Shown: positions 20,267 through 31,331, counted from the stretch's first letter. The stretch: 64,000 bases of DNA from Candidatus Woesearchaeota archaeon (GCA_038874655.1 JAVZBY010000001.1:68997-132996), one strand, 5' to 3'. Numbers and translations: made by a program. Notes: generated from the sequence alone by a model not told the origin.

Positions 20267-20336
20267 GATACTAAATAAGATTTATTATCACCTCTTTTTC
20301 CCTGGAAGAGTCCTTAGGGGCTCTTCGAGGGTTTTT
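20267..20336 (+). ncRNA. Candidate small RNA (anti-SD segment + GC-rich hairpin + T-tract)
   Basis: BRE/TATA CGAAAAA-TTTAAATA at 20232-20246; ATCACCTC at 20287-20294; hairpin 20300-20331 followed by T5; 5' end approximate. Confidence 0.4.
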
Positions 20337-20399
20337 AAATAAACTTTTAAATAGAAAAAGTTTATATTTTCTTTTATTAATTAAAAATTGGTGGGGTTT

Positions 20400-22142
20400 A
20401 TGACTAAATATAAAGATGAAACTATTTTTTCGTTTTTAAGTTCAAAAAAAATTAAGGATCTAAAATTTAATTATTTTATACTTGCTTTAATTGTATTATT
20501 AGGTTTCTATTTAAGATTTTATCACATCCAGTATCCTCTAATAGGATATCATAATTGGAAAAGTGCACATTACATAACAGAAGCAAGAAATTTTGCAAGA
20601 GAGGGTTTTTTTAAGTATGGATTTTTTGTTCCTATGAGAGATACTACAGAAAATATAAATGAACCCTTAGATGGACAACATAGTGATACCTTTCCAATGA
20701 TTTCTGTTATTGTTGCTGTTTTTTTTAAAGTATTTGGAGAAAATTTAGTTATTGCCAGGCTAATTAATATATTTTTTACTTTAGCTAGTGTTATTGTATT
20801 TTATTTTTTATTAAAAAAATTATTTGAAAAAGAAGAATTTGCTTTATTAGGTGCTTTTTTCTTTTCAATAAACCCTATGTATGTTTTTTTTAGTCATAAT
20901 ATTGATGTTGTCAATCCTGGAATTTTTTTTATGTTATTAGGTGCATTATTTTATGTGAGATGGCATAAAGAGCAAGTAAAAAATAAGAAATATAGTTTTT
21001 TAGTTTTAAGTTTATTATTTGTAATGTTAGCATCTATAACAAAATATACCTTTGTAGTTATTGGGATTCCAATGTTTTTTACTTTTCCATTTAAAGATGT
21101 TTTTAATCAAATAAAAAAAGATAAAAAAGTATTTTTATATTTGGCAATTGGTTTAATTCTATTTTCATTTTTTCCTGCATGGATGTTATATTCAGAGATA
21201 TATGTAAAGAATAATGTCTTTGGAAAAAATTTTAGTCAAGAAGCTTTAGATAGTTATGATTTAGTAAATTTGATTGATTTCAGTATTTTAGGGAAAGCAG
21301 ATTTTTGGCAAATAATGAAAAGTTTTATTGCTGATAATTATAGCATAATTGGCTTTTGGTTTGCTGTTTTTGGCTCTATATTTTTTGTTTTTGTTTTTAT
21401 TTCAAAAAAATTAAGTGATTTTAGCTATAGTTTTATGTTTTGGGCATTAATCTCGGTTTTTATTTTCTTGTTTATAATGGGTTATAAGTTATCAGGACAT
21501 AGTTATCATCAGTATCCTGTAGGTTATGTTATTGTTTTTATGATGACTTTTTTTATTGAGTTTATTGGAACAAATATTGGGTTGTTGATAAAAGAATATA
21601 AATTAGTTATTAAAATGATTGTTTTTACAATTCTTGTTTTTGGTTTTCCAATTTATAGTAAATCCATAGAAGCAATTAATAGGCAATTTGATACTCAGTT
21701 TCCAGGATTAGATATTGCTGGTGATTATATGAGAGAACATAAAGATCCTGGTGATAGAATGTTTCATAGTTCACATCAAAGTTTTGGTGTCGTATGGCAT
21801 GCTGATATGAAAGGATATAAACCACCTAGAGATTCTGAATATTTAAAAAAAGCAGAAATTGAAAACAATGTTTCCTGGATTTTTATGTATCAATGGGGTA
21901 TCAATAGCTATTTTCAAAATCAAGATGTAATGAATTATATAAGAAATAATTATAGATTAGTGCAATTTGGTTTTGTGCAGCAAGGAAATATAAATCAACC
22001 TATATTTTTATTGTTTAGAAAAGGTGGCTCGTTTAATGAAACAAAGTTAAATGAATTATTACAAAATAAACCTGTTTATTCTAGACAATATTCCTATTCT
22101 GGGAATAGATTTTATGAGATTAGATATATAAATGTTGAGTAA
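20400..22142 (+). CDS. GT-C membrane glycosyltransferase (GT39/ArnT/PMT-like)
   Basis: Polytopic membrane protein; LRFY, ARNF, FG.....RL, NP....FS motifs; ATG 20400 follows GGTGGGG. Confidence 0.82.
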   Translation: MTKYKDETIFSFLSSKKIKDLKFNYFILALIVLLGFYLRFYHIQYPLIGYHNWKSAHYITEARNFAREGFFKYGFFVPMRDTTENINEPLDGQHSDTFPMISVIVAVFFKVFGENLVIARLINIFFTLASVIVFYFLLKKLFEKEEFALLGAFFFSINPMYVFFSHNIDVVNPGIFFMLLGALFYVRWHKEQVKNKKYSFLVLSLLFVMLASITKYTFVVIGIPMFFTFPFKDVFNQIKKDKKVFLYLAIGLILFSFFPAWMLYSEIYVKNNVFGKNFSQEALDSYDLVNLIDFSILGKADFWQIMKSFIADNYSIIGFWFAVFGSIFFVFVFISKKLSDFSYSFMFWALISVFIFLFIMGYKLSGHSYHQYPVGYVIVFMMTFFIEFIGTNIGLLIKEYKLVIKMIVFTILVFGFPIYSKSIEAINRQFDTQFPGLDIAGDYMREHKDPGDRMFHSSHQSFGVVWHADMKGYKPPRDSEYLKKAEIENNVSWIFMYQWGINSYFQNQDVMNYIRNNYRLVQFGFVQQGNINQPIFLLFRKGGSFNETKLNELLQNKPVYSRQYSYSGNRFYEIRYINVE

Positions 22143-22148
22143 TAAAAA

Positions 22149-23108
22149 ATGAAAATAAAAAATATTTTATTTTCTATTACTATATCAATTATTTTTTTGT
22201 ATTTTATTTTTAAAATAATAAATATAAATGATCTAAAAATTATTTTTCAACTGCCTATTAAAATAGTTATATTTTGCTTTTTTTTATATTTATTATCAAA
22301 TATTTTAAGAGCTTTAAGATTTAAACTTTTTTTAAATATGAATTTTTTAGATATAACTTCAATGACTTTTTTACATAATATGATTAATAACATTATCCCT
22401 TTAAGAATTGGTGATCTAAGTATTATATTTTTAGGAAAAGACAAAAAGATAAAGAATGTAATTGCTTTAATATATAGTAGAATTTTTGATGTCTTAGCTA
22501 TAAGTTCATTACTTATAACTTCAATGATTATTTATCTTTTAAAGTTGAACAAAAATTTTGAATTATTTAGCCTAATAGAAAAAAAAATAGTATATGCGAG
22601 TATTATATTAGTGATAATGATTTTTTTTATTTTAGCACTGATTTTTTTTATTTTAAAATATGAACTTTTAAATAAAATTCTATCAATTAGTCTTGTTAAA
22701 AAATTTATTAATACTCATTTTATTTCTAGAAAAATAGTTGAAATAAAGAAAAATATTTCTTTAAAAAAATCTATTTTTGCTTATTTTTATTCTTTATTAA
22801 TATGGTTTTTAAATTTTTATATAACTAATAATATTATTAATTTAGTGGGTATTAATTTAAATTTTTATGAAGTAGTATTTGTTTTTAGTTTTACCACACT
22901 AATTTCTTTATTACCTATTCATGGATTTTTAGGGTTGGGAACATTAGAAGCTGGATGGGCACTTATTTTAGTATTTTTTGGCGTTGAAAAAGAATTAGCT
23001 CTTATTTCTGCTTTTGCATTTCACATTATAAATATTGTTTTTTTTATGATATTAGGTGTTTTTGGTTTGTTGTATAATTTATTACAAAATATTATTATAA
23101 AGCATTAA
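22149..23108 (+). CDS. Lysylphosphatidylglycerol synthase-TM / flippase-like protein (UPF0104)
   Basis: LRALRF, NNIIP.RIGD, RIFD, LP...GLGTLE. Confidence 0.85.
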   Translation: MKIKNILFSITISIIFLYFIFKIININDLKIIFQLPIKIVIFCFFLYLLSNILRALRFKLFLNMNFLDITSMTFLHNMINNIIPLRIGDLSIIFLGKDKKIKNVIALIYSRIFDVLAISSLLITSMIIYLLKLNKNFELFSLIEKKIVYASIILVIMIFFILALIFFILKYELLNKILSISLVKKFINTHFISRKIVEIKKNISLKKSIFAYFYSLLIWFLNFYITNNIINLVGINLNFYEVVFVFSFTTLISLLPIHGFLGLGTLEAGWALILVFFGVEKELALISAFAFHIINIVFFMILGVFGLLYNLLQNIIIKH

Positions 23109-23112
23109 TTAT

Positions 23113-23730
23113 TCATCTTAATTTTACTAATGCATAATTAATTTTTAGTATTCCATCTTTTTTTATAAATATATCCTGTATTGGCAATATTTTTACTACA
23201 TATTTATTCCTATCTAGAGAATCTATTAATTTTTTACAACCACTATTCATTCTATTCCAATAATCATCAAACAAGACATTTGTTTTTTTATGCATCAATT
23301 TTTTAGAATAATTCCAATCATTTTCTATTGTTTCTAAGGAATGACCACCATCAATTATTATCAAATCCATCTTTGGTAGGTTTTTATAATTTTTAGGTAA
23401 AGTTTCTAAGGTGTTGCCTTTAAAGAGATATATATTTGTTTTTGTTTTTTTTAGTTTTTCATAAATATTTTTTTCACTTAATGGATTTTTTGAAATCTCC
23501 TTCTCAAATGTTTTTTTATCCATGGATTCAAATAAATCAAAGCCATAATAATTTATTTCAGAAGGTTTATGATATTTTTTTGCAATTTCTAAAATTTTTA
23601 TAGAGTTTTCACCATCAAATACACCTATGTCCATTATGTTTTTAGGTTTTATTTTTTCAACTAGTTGAAACAATTGATTATACCTTCTTGCATAAAATTT
23701 TTTTAGATAGTTTTTAAGTTTGTTAAACAT
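23113..23730 (-). CDS. Class I SAM-dependent methyltransferase (Methyltransf_24-like)
   Basis: DIGVFDG, YGFDLF, IIDGGHS, LFDDY. Confidence 0.85.
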   Translation of the reverse strand: MFNKLKNYLKKFYARRYNQLFQLVEKIKPKNIMDIGVFDGENSIKILEIAKKYHKPSEINYYGFDLFESMDKKTFEKEISKNPLSEKNIYEKLKKTKTNIYLFKGNTLETLPKNYKNLPKMDLIIIDGGHSLETIENDWNYSKKLMHKKTNVLFDDYWNRMNSGCKKLIDSLDRNKYVVKILPIQDIFIKKDGILKINYALVKLR

Positions 23731-23895
23731 TTTTTTATAAAAAATTAATTTGTATATTATAATATTTAAAAATTTTCATTAAAATATATATGAAAAGTAT
23801 TTTTTCCATATTTAAAAATAAATGTTCTACTTTATATATAAAAAATAACAATAGTTAATATTTAAACTTTTGGATAAAATTAAAACTAAAAATTA

Positions 23896-25020
23896 TTATA
23901 TTGATTTAAGTAAATATTTTTCATATTTTTTAGATATATCTCTCCATAAATAGTTTTTAATTAGACGTCTATAAGCTTGCAATGCTTTTTTATTTAAAAT
24001 TTTAGGATTAGACATCAAAAAGATGAGAAGATCCTTTATTTTTATAACATCTTCCGGATCAACTAAAAAACCAGTATTTCCGATTGTTTCTTTACAACCT
24101 GAACTATTTGAGGTAATTATTGCACATTTAGCAAGCATTGCTTCTAATAAAGAAATACTTGCATTCTCATTTTTTGAGGTTAGTATAAATATTTTTGATT
24201 GTTTAAGTATTTTTTGATATTCTATTGTGCCTGGATTAAGCCAACCATGAAAAAAAACCTTAATCTTTGATTTTTTTGCTTTTTCTAACAGTTCATTTTT
24301 ATAAGGTCCATCACCAAGAATATGATATTCCCAAGACATTGCAAACTTTTTAAAATCATCTTTACTCAGTGCTTCTAAAACATATTGTATACCTTTTCTT
24401 GGAAATAGTCTTGCGGAGGTTGTAATAAAATTTTTTTTGGAAAATTTTTTATTACCTAATCTATCAAGATTAATACCATTTGGTATAACTTGAATATTAT
24501 AATTACCTATGTTTTTTCTAGCTAAGTTTGCTAAATAGTTTGATGGAGATATAACATATCTTGAGTTTTGAATAATTAATCGTAAAATAGGTATAGTGAA
24601 TTTATGTGCAAAAACAAATCTATCTTGGTTAAATCCTGGAACATCTGAACCATGGATTGTTATTATATAAGGTATTTTATAGATTTTATGAATTAGATAT
24701 GCTAAAATTCCTGTAGGGATTATAAAATGACAATGAATCACATCATACTTTTTTTTATTATTTTTTAAAAAAAAAAAAGAAGAAAATAAATAAGATAACA
24801 TTTCAAAAATATTAGTATGTGTTTTATTTTTTCTTATACATTTTACTCTAAAAACATTTATACCTTCAACTATTTCATGTTCTTTTAGGCCATTAAAATG
24901 CATTGTTATTAAATCAACTTCATGTCCTAATTTAACAAGATTTTTAGAAAGTTCATATGTAACTTGCCCTGCTCCTCCACCTAAAGGAGGAAATTCATAA
25001 TTCAAAACAAGGATTTTCAT
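23896..25020 (-). CDS. Glycosyltransferase family 4
   Basis: EFPPLGGGAG, IPNGI, RL..RKG, E......LEAM. Confidence 0.92.
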   Translation of the reverse strand: MKILVLNYEFPPLGGGAGQVTYELSKNLVKLGHEVDLITMHFNGLKEHEIVEGINVFRVKCIRKNKTHTNIFEMLSYLFSSFFFLKNNKKKYDVIHCHFIIPTGILAYLIHKIYKIPYIITIHGSDVPGFNQDRFVFAHKFTIPILRLIIQNSRYVISPSNYLANLARKNIGNYNIQVIPNGINLDRLGNKKFSKKNFITTSARLFPRKGIQYVLEALSKDDFKKFAMSWEYHILGDGPYKNELLEKAKKSKIKVFFHGWLNPGTIEYQKILKQSKIFILTSKNENASISLLEAMLAKCAIITSNSSGCKETIGNTGFLVDPEDVIKIKDLLIFLMSNPKILNKKALQAYRRLIKNYLWRDISKKYEKYLLKSI

Positions 25021-25077
25021 TTTTTTATTTAATATTTTTTTATCTTTTTATTTTTTAGTAAATATTTTTGTTCTGTT

Positions 25078-26064
25078 TTAAGTTATTTTTTCAATAGAAT
25101 AATTTTTTTTACCACCTGAGTAATAAAGTTTTATTAATATGTCTGCAATTAATCCAAATATAATAAATTGAATTCCTAAAATAACAAATAAAATTGATAA
25201 TAATAACAAAGGTCTGTTTGAAATTGGAACTGCTTTAAAAAATTTCAAATATAATAAGTAAATGCCTGTTAAAAAGCCAAAAAAGGTCATTAATATTCCA
25301 AAAGAGCCAAATAAATGAATTGGTCTAGCAGAATATTTTTGCCAAAAAGCAACAACTAATAAATCTAAAAAACCCTTTGGCAATCTAATTAAATTGTATT
25401 TTGTTTTTCCAAATTTTCTTGGCAAATGATTTACTTTAACTTCTCCAATTTTATATCCTTTTAAAGCTAATATTTCTGTTATATATCTATGCATTTCGCC
25501 TTTTAACTCTAAATCTTGCAAACATTCACTTTTATATGCTTTTAATGAACAACCTGAATCATGAATTTTATCATTAATTATTATATTTCTAAAAAATTTT
25601 GCTAATTTAGAAAAAAATTTTTTTGTGAATGAATCCTTTCTATTGAAACGCCATCCTGAAACAACATCCAAGTTTTTATTTTTCATTTCTAATAATAGTT
25701 TGGGAATATCCTCTGGGTCATTTTGCAAATCAGCATCCATTGTTATTATTATTTTTCCTTTAGCATAAGAAAAACCTGCATCCCAGGCAGCACTTTGACC
25801 AAAATTTTTTCTGAATTTTATTATTCTCAGATTTTTGTCTTTCTCTGCTAAATCTTGTAAAATATAAAAAGTATTATCTGTAGAACCATCATCAACAAAG
25901 ATTATTTCGTAAGAATTTATTTCAAGGTTTTTTTCACTTTTTTGTTTTTGAATTAATTTTTGCATTACATTAGTTATTTTTTTGTATAGTTCTGAAACAT
26001 TATGCTCTTCATTATAAGCTGCAATAACAATCGATAAATCAAGTGCTTTATTTTGTATATCCAT
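25078..26064 (-). CDS. Glycosyltransferase family 2 (polyprenol-phosphate GT, ArnC-like)
   Basis: YNEE, VDDGSTD, NFGQ, MDADLQNDP; two C-terminal TM helices. Confidence 0.92.
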   Translation of the reverse strand: MDIQNKALDLSIVIAAYNEEHNVSELYKKITNVMQKLIQKQKSEKNLEINSYEIIFVDDGSTDNTFYILQDLAEKDKNLRIIKFRKNFGQSAAWDAGFSYAKGKIIITMDADLQNDPEDIPKLLLEMKNKNLDVVSGWRFNRKDSFTKKFFSKLAKFFRNIIINDKIHDSGCSLKAYKSECLQDLELKGEMHRYITEILALKGYKIGEVKVNHLPRKFGKTKYNLIRLPKGFLDLLVVAFWQKYSARPIHLFGSFGILMTFFGFLTGIYLLYLKFFKAVPISNRPLLLLSILFVILGIQFIIFGLIADILIKLYYSGGKKNYSIEKIT

Positions 26065-26182
26065 ATCAAGAATAAATGTTGTTTTTTATATAAAAGTTGC
26101 TATTTAATATGTTATTTAATAATAGTTTATTAGATAATGTGTTTTAAATATCTTTTTAAAGATGTAAAAAATATTTATTTGT

Positions 26183-27088
26183 ATGGACTATACAAGAGAC
26201 AATATAAGAAAACCTGTTGTTTCTGGACAATTTTATGAGGGAAATTTTAATAATCTAAATAAACAAATAGAAACATGTTTTTATTCCAATAAAGGTCCTG
26301 GAGAGTTGCCTATAAAAAGAAGATTAAATAAATTAATTGGTGTAATAAGCCCACATGCAGGATATTTTTTTTCAGGGCCATGTGCTTCTTGGGCATATAT
26401 GGAAATTGCAGAATCCGAGTTTCCTCATGCTTATGTAATTTTAGGACCTAATCATTATAATGTTTTTTCAGGTTTGTCTAAAAAAGACTGGGAAACACCA
26501 CTAGGAATTATAAAAACAGAGAAAGAGATTATAAAATTACTAGAAGAAAAAACAAATTTAAAGGTAAATGAGAGTTGCCATGAATTTGAGCATTCTATTG
26601 AGGTACAATTACCTTTTTTGCAATTTGCTTCAAGAGACAGATTAGATGATTTAAGAATTGTACCTATTTCATTAGGACATGATATTGAATTTAGAGATAT
26701 CGGAAAACAACTATATAATGTTTTTTTTAATTTGTTAAAAAATAAAAAAATTGTTTTTATTATAAGCAGTGATTTTACGCATTATGGAAGAAATTATGGA
26801 TATTTGCCTTTTACATCAGATATAAAGAAAAGAATTTATGATTTAGATAATGGCGCAATAGAATTAATAAAAAAAATTGATGTAATTGGTTTAAAAGAAT
26901 ATTTAAACAATACTGGAATAACTATTTGTGGCTATATTCCTATATTAGTTTTTTTAAGTATGTTAAATGAAATGAAAGAAAAAGAAAATAAGAATATAAA
27001 ATCAATTGTTTTAATGCATTATACCTCTGGTGATGTTATAGGAGATTTTAAAAATTCAGTAAGCTATGTCAGCATGGCTTTTAGATAA
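26183..27088 (+). CDS. amrB: MEMO1-family protein (AmmeMemoRadiSam system protein B)
   Basis: R.P.VSG.FY, PHAGY.FSG, GPNH, EHSIEVQLPFLQ, SSDFTHY, TICG. Confidence 0.92.
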   Translation: MDYTRDNIRKPVVSGQFYEGNFNNLNKQIETCFYSNKGPGELPIKRRLNKLIGVISPHAGYFFSGPCASWAYMEIAESEFPHAYVILGPNHYNVFSGLSKKDWETPLGIIKTEKEIIKLLEEKTNLKVNESCHEFEHSIEVQLPFLQFASRDRLDDLRIVPISLGHDIEFRDIGKQLYNVFFNLLKNKKIVFIISSDFTHYGRNYGYLPFTSDIKKRIYDLDNGAIELIKKIDVIGLKEYLNNTGITICGYIPILVFLSMLNEMKEKENKNIKSIVLMHYTSGDVIGDFKNSVSYVSMAFR

Positions 27089-27820
27089 TTTTTCTAAATA
27101 ATTTAAAATTCCTTTCACATGACCTGCACCTATTACTGCTATAATTATTTTATCAGAATATTTATTAGATAGAATAAATAATTTTTTTGCCATATACAAA
27201 TCTCTCTCGTCAATAAGAACTTTATATATTGAAGGATAGGATTTTTTTGTTTCTGTTAATACATAATCAATTAATTCTTGATCTGGAATTTTTGAAATAT
27301 CAAAGTTTATTTTTTCTTTTTTAAATATAGTTGCAAAAGGATAAAATAAAAATTCAAAAAATATTTTTAGTAATTCTCTTTTTTTAATTTTTTTAGAAAA
27401 TCTTGATAAAGTGAATTTAATATCTCTATCAATAAAATAAATAGGAATATTTTTTTCTTTTGCTAATTTTATAGCTTCATACATATCTAATCCAGGATTT
27501 ACATTTAAAATATCACCATATTTTTTTTGTAAAGATTCACCTAATTTGTAAAAAAGAAATCCTAAAAGACCTATTTCTTTAATTAATGCAAAATCTTTTT
27601 TTTTGGATTTTTTTTTCTCTTTATCCTTTATATTTTTTAATTTATTATTTTCATTTTTATGTTCTATTTCTATGTTATACTCAAGATTTATTGCCCTATT
27701 TTCGTCTAGTTCTATTGCAACTATATCCGGATTTATTTCAAATGCTTTTCTTATTTTTGTAATGCTTTCTTTTGAAACATGAGAAGTACCAACTAAATGG
27801 ATGTTATGAAAGGTTATCAT
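27056..27820 (-). CDS. TraB/PrgY/GumN family protein
   Basis: LVGTSHVS, VAIELD..R, PG.DM, DRDI..T, LIDERD.YM, VIGAGH..G. Confidence 0.9.
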   Translation of the reverse strand: MITFHNIHLVGTSHVSKESITKIRKAFEINPDIVAIELDENRAINLEYNIEIEHKNENNKLKNIKDKEKKKSKKKDFALIKEIGLLGFLFYKLGESLQKKYGDILNVNPGLDMYEAIKLAKEKNIPIYFIDRDIKFTLSRFSKKIKKRELLKIFFEFLFYPFATIFKKEKINFDISKIPDQELIDYVLTETKKSYPSIYKVLIDERDLYMAKKLFILSNKYSDKIIIAVIGAGHVKGILNYLEKLSKSHADIAY

Positions 27821-27897
27821 GAATTAGAAAAATAAAAATTTACTTTTATTTTTATCTTTTTTAAAAAAATTTGATAGAATAATAAATTTAAATAGAT

Positions 27898-29628
27898 CTA
27901 TGAAAAATTTGTTTTATTTGTTTTTATTTTCAAAACAAGTTTTTTCAATCGATACTTTATTAATTTATATTTTTTAATGAATAAAATTATCAAAGCTATA
28001 ATAATTGAATAAATAAATAAAGTTAAAAGATATGATTTAATTAGTTCTGTATTGATATTTGTTAAGGTTGCTTTTTTTATTAATTCTGTGCTTATATACA
28101 TAGGATTATATTTTGCTTTCTCTATTATATAGGAAGGCATACTTTCTAAAGGAAATATTACTCCTGATGTTAATAAGAATATTGTCCCTATTGATAAAGA
28201 AGCCAACATTGATATTTCCTCTGAGTTAAATATGTTTCCAATTAATAAACCTAAAAAGATGAAAAAGGTTATAATAATGATTAAAGAAATTATAAAAATC
28301 AAAATATGCTTTATATTTAAAAAATTAAATTCTATTTTGAAATAATAATTACTTACTAGGAATATTAATAATAATTGAATAAAAATAACTAATAAAGATG
28401 TCAAATATGTTGCAAAAACAAATAATCTATTTTTATTTGGTGTGGTAAAAACCCTAAAAAATGCTCTTGAGTTTTTTTCCATAATTACTAATGTTGATGC
28501 TAAAAATATTCCAGTAAACATAATAAGCATTGAAATTAATGAAGGAAATAAAAATCCTAGATTTGTAGATTGTTTAACTACAGGATTAATTTGTGTTATT
28601 ATAGGATTAGCAATATTCTCTGAGTTTAGTATTTCAATAGAATTAATGTTATCTAAAATGCTCCTTATATTATTTTTAATTTCTTGATTATTTGCTTTTA
28701 CTTTATTTAGATTATCAATTACTTGTAAAAGGTTATTATAAACTTGCTGATTTGTGTTTTTAGCTTTTTCTAATTTTTCAGAAAAATCTGAAATAGTTTG
28801 ATCTAATTGCTCTTCAAATGTTGAAAACTCATTATTAAGATCTGTTTGACCTGTTTCTAATCTTATTTTTAAATTGTTCAGATTTGTCTTTAATTTATTT
28901 AAATAAGATGTTCCATTAGACATTACCCAATCGTCTAATGAATTAATCGTATTTATAGAATCACTAATATAAGTTAAAGAATCTGTTATCAATTGTGTGG
29001 TTTTTATGTTTATTGATTCTGTTGTAATTGTTTGTGTTTCTGTTGCTGAAAAATCCAAAGATAAAATAGAACTTGCTGAATTGTTTAATAAAGAATTACT
29101 CGTATCTGTGTATTCATCTATTAATTTAATGTTTTTTTCAATTGTGTTTAATTTAGCTTTAGAGAAAATTATTGAAGAAATTAATTTATCAGTTAATTCC
29201 TTGCTTATTTCTGTTGTTTTTTGCCCCAGTGATTCCATTAGCGTAGATAAAACTAAGTAAGCTAAATTTATTTTTGATTGATCAACATAAATTTTTATAA
29301 GCTCCTGTTTATCATTAGAAATTTTCATATTTCTTGGAAAAATTAAGCATGCTTGTGAAAAAGAATCTATCACAGAATTAATACAATCTGTTTCTGAATT
29401 TTCTTTCAAGATAAAGTAATTATTATCTGTGAGTGTTTTTATTAGTGATTCACTTAACGGAGAATATTGCTCAGAAAATACAGAAACTTTTATGTTAAAA
29501 GAACTAGTACTAAATGATAATCCAACTAAAAATATTATTAGTAATGGACCTAAAATTAATACAAAATTAGAAACTTTATTTCTAAGTAATAATTTTATAT
29601 TTTTTTTAATGACGGATATTATTTTCAT
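27898..29628 (-). CDS. ABC-2 type transporter permease with large extracellular helical domain
   Basis: N-terminal TM, long coiled domain, C-terminal TM bundle with SG..FPLE.MP; adjacent to ABC ATPase. Confidence 0.88.
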   Translation of the reverse strand: MKIISVIKKNIKLLLRNKVSNFVLILGPLLIIFLVGLSFSTSSFNIKVSVFSEQYSPLSESLIKTLTDNNYFILKENSETDCINSVIDSFSQACLIFPRNMKISNDKQELIKIYVDQSKINLAYLVLSTLMESLGQKTTEISKELTDKLISSIIFSKAKLNTIEKNIKLIDEYTDTSNSLLNNSASSILSLDFSATETQTITTESINIKTTQLITDSLTYISDSINTINSLDDWVMSNGTSYLNKLKTNLNNLKIRLETGQTDLNNEFSTFEEQLDQTISDFSEKLEKAKNTNQQVYNNLLQVIDNLNKVKANNQEIKNNIRSILDNINSIEILNSENIANPIITQINPVVKQSTNLGFLFPSLISMLIMFTGIFLASTLVIMEKNSRAFFRVFTTPNKNRLFVFATYLTSLLVIFIQLLLIFLVSNYYFKIEFNFLNIKHILIFIISLIIIITFFIFLGLLIGNIFNSEEISMLASLSIGTIFLLTSGVIFPLESMPSYIIEKAKYNPMYISTELIKKATLTNINTELIKSYLLTLFIYSIIIALIILFIKKYKLIKYRLKKLVLKIKTNKTNFS

Positions 29629-29639
29629 TTTTTAAAGTT

Positions 29640-30569
29640 TTATTGCATTTTTGTAAATATATCTTGCAAATTTAATCTTGATATTTTTAAGTCAATTATA
29701 TTTTCATTTGTTTTTGATAACAAAGGAAATAATTTTTTAATTACAATATCTGGTTTTAATGTGTAAATTACAAGTTCAGAACCTCTGTTTTCTTTTTTTA
29801 TGATTGAACTATCATCAAAACTTTTCAGAAGTTTTTCATAGTTTCCGGGATATGTTTCTAAATGTATTTCTTGACCTTTTGAAAATGTATTTATAAGCTC
29901 ATATAAAGTTCCAATTTTTATTTGTGATTTTGCTAATATTGCAATTCTTGTGCAAAAGTATTCTAAATCTGAAAAATTATGGCTTGCTACTATGATTGTT
30001 GTTCCTTTTTTGTTTATTTTATGAAGCAATTGCCAAATTTGTTTTGCTATTAAGGGATCTAAATCTGAGGTTGGTTCGTCAAGAATTAAGATATCCGGAT
30101 TATGTATTAGGGCACATGCAATATCTAATCTTCTTTGCATTCCTCCTGATAAGTTTTCTGCTAAAACATTTTTTGAGTTCTCAAGCTCTACCATATTAAG
30201 TAGAATATTAATATTATTTTTTTTTGCTTCTTTATTTAATCCATATAGGGAAGCAAAATAATCTAAATTTTCATATACTGTCAATTTTGAATAAAAAGAA
30301 GGTAATTGTGCTGCAAATCCAAATTTTAGTTTTATCTTATCTTGATTTTCAAAAACAGAGATATATTTATTTTCATCTAAATAAAGAACATCACCTTTAT
30401 CAGGTTCTATAAAACCGATCAGGGAATTAAGAAATGTTGTTTTACCACTGCCAGACATTCCTATTAATCCAATAATTTCAGTCCTTTTAATTTCTAAATT
30501 AATATTATCTAATACTATATTATTTCCAAAAGATTTGGTTAAATTTGTGATTTTTAGAATTGTTTCCAT
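29640..30569 (-). CDS. ABC transporter ATP-binding protein
   Basis: GMSGSGKT, LSGGMQRR, LILDEPT, SH. Confidence 0.95.
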   Translation of the reverse strand: METILKITNLTKSFGNNIVLDNINLEIKRTEIIGLIGMSGSGKTTFLNSLIGFIEPDKGDVLYLDENKYISVFENQDKIKLKFGFAAQLPSFYSKLTVYENLDYFASLYGLNKEAKKNNINILLNMVELENSKNVLAENLSGGMQRRLDIACALIHNPDILILDEPTSDLDPLIAKQIWQLLHKINKKGTTIIVASHNFSDLEYFCTRIAILAKSQIKIGTLYELINTFSKGQEIHLETYPGNYEKLLKSFDDSSIIKKENRGSELVIYTLKPDIVIKKLFPLLSKTNENIIDLKISRLNLQDIFTKMQ

Positions 30570-30746
30570 TTGACCCCTTTTTTTATATAAAAAAATAGAG
30601 AACTATTTTTATATTTTTTGATTTAAAAAGAAAAAATACATAAAAAAAGTTATAATAAATTATAAAATGAGAAAAAAGGATAAAATTTATTTTTCATATT
30701 AATAACTAGTATATATATTAAATTAAAATAGATATCAATGTACTAT

Positions 30747-31331
30747 TTATTTTTTGAATTTTTTTAAAATTATTTCAACCCAAATAAAATAAATAACTAA
30801 TGTCAATAAACTACCTAACAAAAACCAAAATGCAAAATCTTGATTTGTATTGGAAAAAGGCATACTTCTTAATGATACTTCTTGTGCCATTAACATTGGT
30901 TCTGATTTTGAAGATTTTGATATGAAAAATATATCAGAATATTTTAAAAAGAAGGTTATTGCACCTGATATAATAACTACAGGTAAAAATTTTTTTAGAT
31001 TCTCTTTTAAATTTTCTTTAAAGGAGGATATATTTTTTGGTGCTATAATGACATATTTATTTGATAAAGAATAATGAATTATTTCTTTACCTTTTTCTGA
31101 ATAAGAATAATGCTCATCTGAAACTAAACTTGATTTTACTAACAAAGATAAATTATAATGAACTGTAGATAAAGGCATGTTTAACTCTTTTGAAATCTGT
31201 GTTTCTGTTGCATGCTCTACTTTTGCTAAGTAATTTAAAATTTTTCTTGAAGTGTCATTACTTAAAACTTGTGCTAATGCCTTTGCTTTTTCTTCTTCTA
31301 GTGAAACTAATAAAAATGGTTCATCTGTCAT
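30747..31331 (-). CDS. ArsR-like HTH regulator with C-terminal TM helices
   Basis: LSNDTSRKIL..L, TETQIS.EL..PLSTVHYNL..L; two hydrophobic segments. Confidence 0.85.
   Translation of the reverse strand: MTDEPFLLVSLEEEKAKALAQVLSNDTSRKILNYLAKVEHATETQISKELNMPLSTVHYNLSLLVKSSLVSDEHYSYSEKGKEIIHYSLSNKYVIIAPKNISSFKENLKENLKKFLPVVIISGAITFFLKYSDIFFISKSSKSEPMLMAQEVSLRSMPFSNTNQDFAFWFLLGSLLTLVIYFIWVEIILKKFKK

Noticed and set aside
24767-24778. A12 run in a GT4 gene (also A13 at 4063-4075 and T11 at 38434-38444) as phase-variation tracts
   Set aside because: Long A/T runs are common in this very AT-rich sequence and all frames are intact; read-level length variation would be needed
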